Below are positions 62,777 to 64,000 of a stretch of DNA of 64,000 nt, piece by piece. The translations under genes and the position numbers were made by a program. Where the stretch lies: the sequence record PX880103.1; one strand, given 5' to 3'. The DNA is from a phage. Below the pieces are notes generated by a model. That model did not search any database. It was not told the DNA's origin and saw only the letters and a list, made by a program, of their open reading frames with translations. The stretch's first letter is position 1. Each line of letters starts with the position of its first letter.

Positions 62777-63322
62777 TCACTTTGAAATCATAGTTGGAAT
62801 AACAGAATCAAGATAAGTTTTTAGTGCAATAGCTTCGTCTTTGGTAAATGTGACAATATGTGCTCGAAAATCGTCAATTTGACGAATAGTTAAGACATCT
62901 CCATCTTCATAACATTTTGATACGTTTAAAACAGTTTCATCATTCTGATTGCAAGCGTTAGTAATAATAGCATTGCAATTTTTAAACCATTTTAAACTAT
63001 GTTTTCTTTCATTAGAATAATAAAAATATTTAATCTTATCTATAAAACTATCCCAATGGATAACTGATAAGCATATTGACTCGCTTTCAATATTAAATCC
63101 TGGGCATGAAGAATAAAAATGAATTTTATGCTCATCATTAATGCTTACAATTTTATCAGTATAAGGATTTTCAATTTTGGTTAAATGAATGATTTCACTA
63201 GGCGTAAAATACAGCATATCGTCTTCTTGTGTCAAACGATACATATTATTTACTTTTTCTATAGCCAATTCACCAAAAAGTGAACTAACTTCTAATACTA
63301 ATCGTTTCGCCGCTACCGTCAT
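62777..63322 (-). CDS. Hypothetical protein (181 aa), paralogue of 62249..62770
   Basis: See neighbour; ATG with GAGGAG SD. Confidence 0.5.
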   Translation of the reverse strand: MTVAAKRLVLEVSSLFGELAIEKVNNMYRLTQEDDMLYFTPSEIIHLTKIENPYTDKIVSINDEHKIHFYSSCPGFNIESESICLSVIHWDSFIDKIKYFYYSNERKHSLKWFKNCNAIITNACNQNDETVLNVSKCYEDGDVLTIRQIDDFRAHIVTFTKDEAIALKTYLDSVIPTMISK

Positions 63323-63426
63323 TACATACTCCTCTGAATCATATCAATAATGTTGTTCACCAAATTATAAGTAAACATTGGGTAATTATATTGAATCATC
63401 ACATACACAACAAACAAAACTTTCAT
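63322..63426 (-). CDS. Small peptide (34 aa)
   Basis: Below track cutoff; first ORF after the 63455-63484 promoter, GGAG SD; may be a leader peptide. Confidence 0.3.
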   Translation of the reverse strand: MKVLFVVYVMIQYNYPMFTYNLVNNIIDMIQRSM

Positions 63427-63454
63427 TCTCTTCTCCTTGGCAGTTGACAAGATT

Positions 63455-63484
63455 ACTATATCATAACCTTGCCAACTTGTAAAC
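63455..63484 (-). promoter_or_regulatory. Early promoter (GTTTAC-N18-TATAGT)
   Basis: Minus strand GTTTACaagttggcaaggttatgaTATAGT. Confidence 0.6.
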
Positions 63485-63649
63485 CATTAAATGACGTTTT
63501 CAATAAAATTCTGAAGCTTTGTGTGAGCATCAACCATGATTTTCATTTCTTCTTTGGCGAAAGCTGTACCTCTTTCCCGAGAAGAACATTCATAGTCAGA
63601 AACTGCGTTAGCATATTCTTCAATTAGTTTCATTAAAAACATCTGCTTT

Positions 63650-63844
63650 TCAGTTTTCATTATTCCACCTAATCATTTCAAGATATTGAACTAACTTAGC
63701 TTTAGATTTATCCAAATCCTTTTTAGCTGCTTCTATACCGTCGTATGAATATCCTTCACAATGCTCAACTGCTAATTGATATGAATCTATTTCAATATCA
63801 CGTGCTAATTTAATGATTTTTTCAAACTGTTCGCGTGTTAGCAT
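63650..63844 (-). CDS. Hypothetical protein (64 aa)
   Basis: ORF track; ATG confirmed. Confidence 0.4.
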   Translation of the reverse strand: MLTREQFEKIIKLARDIEIDSYQLAVEHCEGYSYDGIEAAKKDLDKSKAKLVQYLEMIRWNNEN

Positions 63845-63846
63845 AC

Positions 63847-64000
63847 TTAAACTCTCGTATTATGATCGATAATTTCATCAAGAAACATATCTAACGCTTC
63901 TAAAGCATTATCAACTTTAGCTTCAAATTCTTCAATACCTGATAAGGCAAAGTTAATGCGCTCCTCATCTGCTTTACGAATTAAAGCTACCAATTCCTTA
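63847..64000 (-). CDS. Hypothetical protein, C-terminal part (5' end outside window)
   Basis: Minus-strand frame open from the window edge to TAA at 63847-63849 (...ALEALDMFLDEIIDHNTRV). Confidence 0.4.
   Translation of the reverse strand, partial: KELVALIRKADEERINFALSGIEEFEAKVDNALEALDMFLDEIIDHNTRV

Noticed and set aside
1-64000. tRNA, rRNA or CRISPR features
   Set aside because: No cloverleaf-like GC-rich 70-90 nt segments, rRNA-like regions or spacer-repeat arrays noticed; the T4 tRNA cluster lies elsewhere on the T4 map.

Overview
This window is a dense early/middle-gene block of a T-even (T4-like) Escherichia-type myovirus, read almost entirely on the minus strand. The only plus-strand genes are the 3' end of tail-fibre adhesin gene 38, holin t and one small ORF at 25612..25812. 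Gene order matches the T4 map: asiA-arn-motA-52-stp-ndd-denB-rIIB-rIIA-39-motB-dexA-dda-srd-modA-modB-soc-56-61-dmd-41-40-uvsX-42-imm-43-regA-62-44-45-rpbA-46-47-alpha-gt-55-nrdH-nrdG-nrdD-49-pin-nrdC, followed by a long run of uncharacterised genes. All assignments rest on my own reading of the translations, gene sizes and synteny; no database search was run. Several traits point to a T2/T6-type relative rather than T4 itself: gene 39 is one uninterrupted 605-codon gene, gp38 carries poly-glycine adhesin motifs, the beta-gt slot holds a different GT-A-type glycosyltransferase, and two free-standing HNH homing endonuclease genes sit next to genes 56 and 46. Regulatory structure is very regular: at least 17 GTTTAC-N18-TAtaaT early promoters, many inside a reused promoter-plus-leader cassette, plus GC-rich tetraloop hairpins (GGGCCGAAGCCC type) after many genes. 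The most interesting unexplained content is a tandem array of four divergent paralogues with coiled-coil C-termini (54280..58259), an adjacent ATPase plus nucleotidyltransferase gene pair (59692..61788), and several clusters of very small or paralogous accessory ORFs. Many ORF-track starts are GTG/TTG or run back through promoter cassettes; I refined starts where an ATG with a Shine-Dalgarno was clear. Hand-derived coordinates may be off by 1-2 nt. No tRNA, rRNA or CRISPR array was seen.
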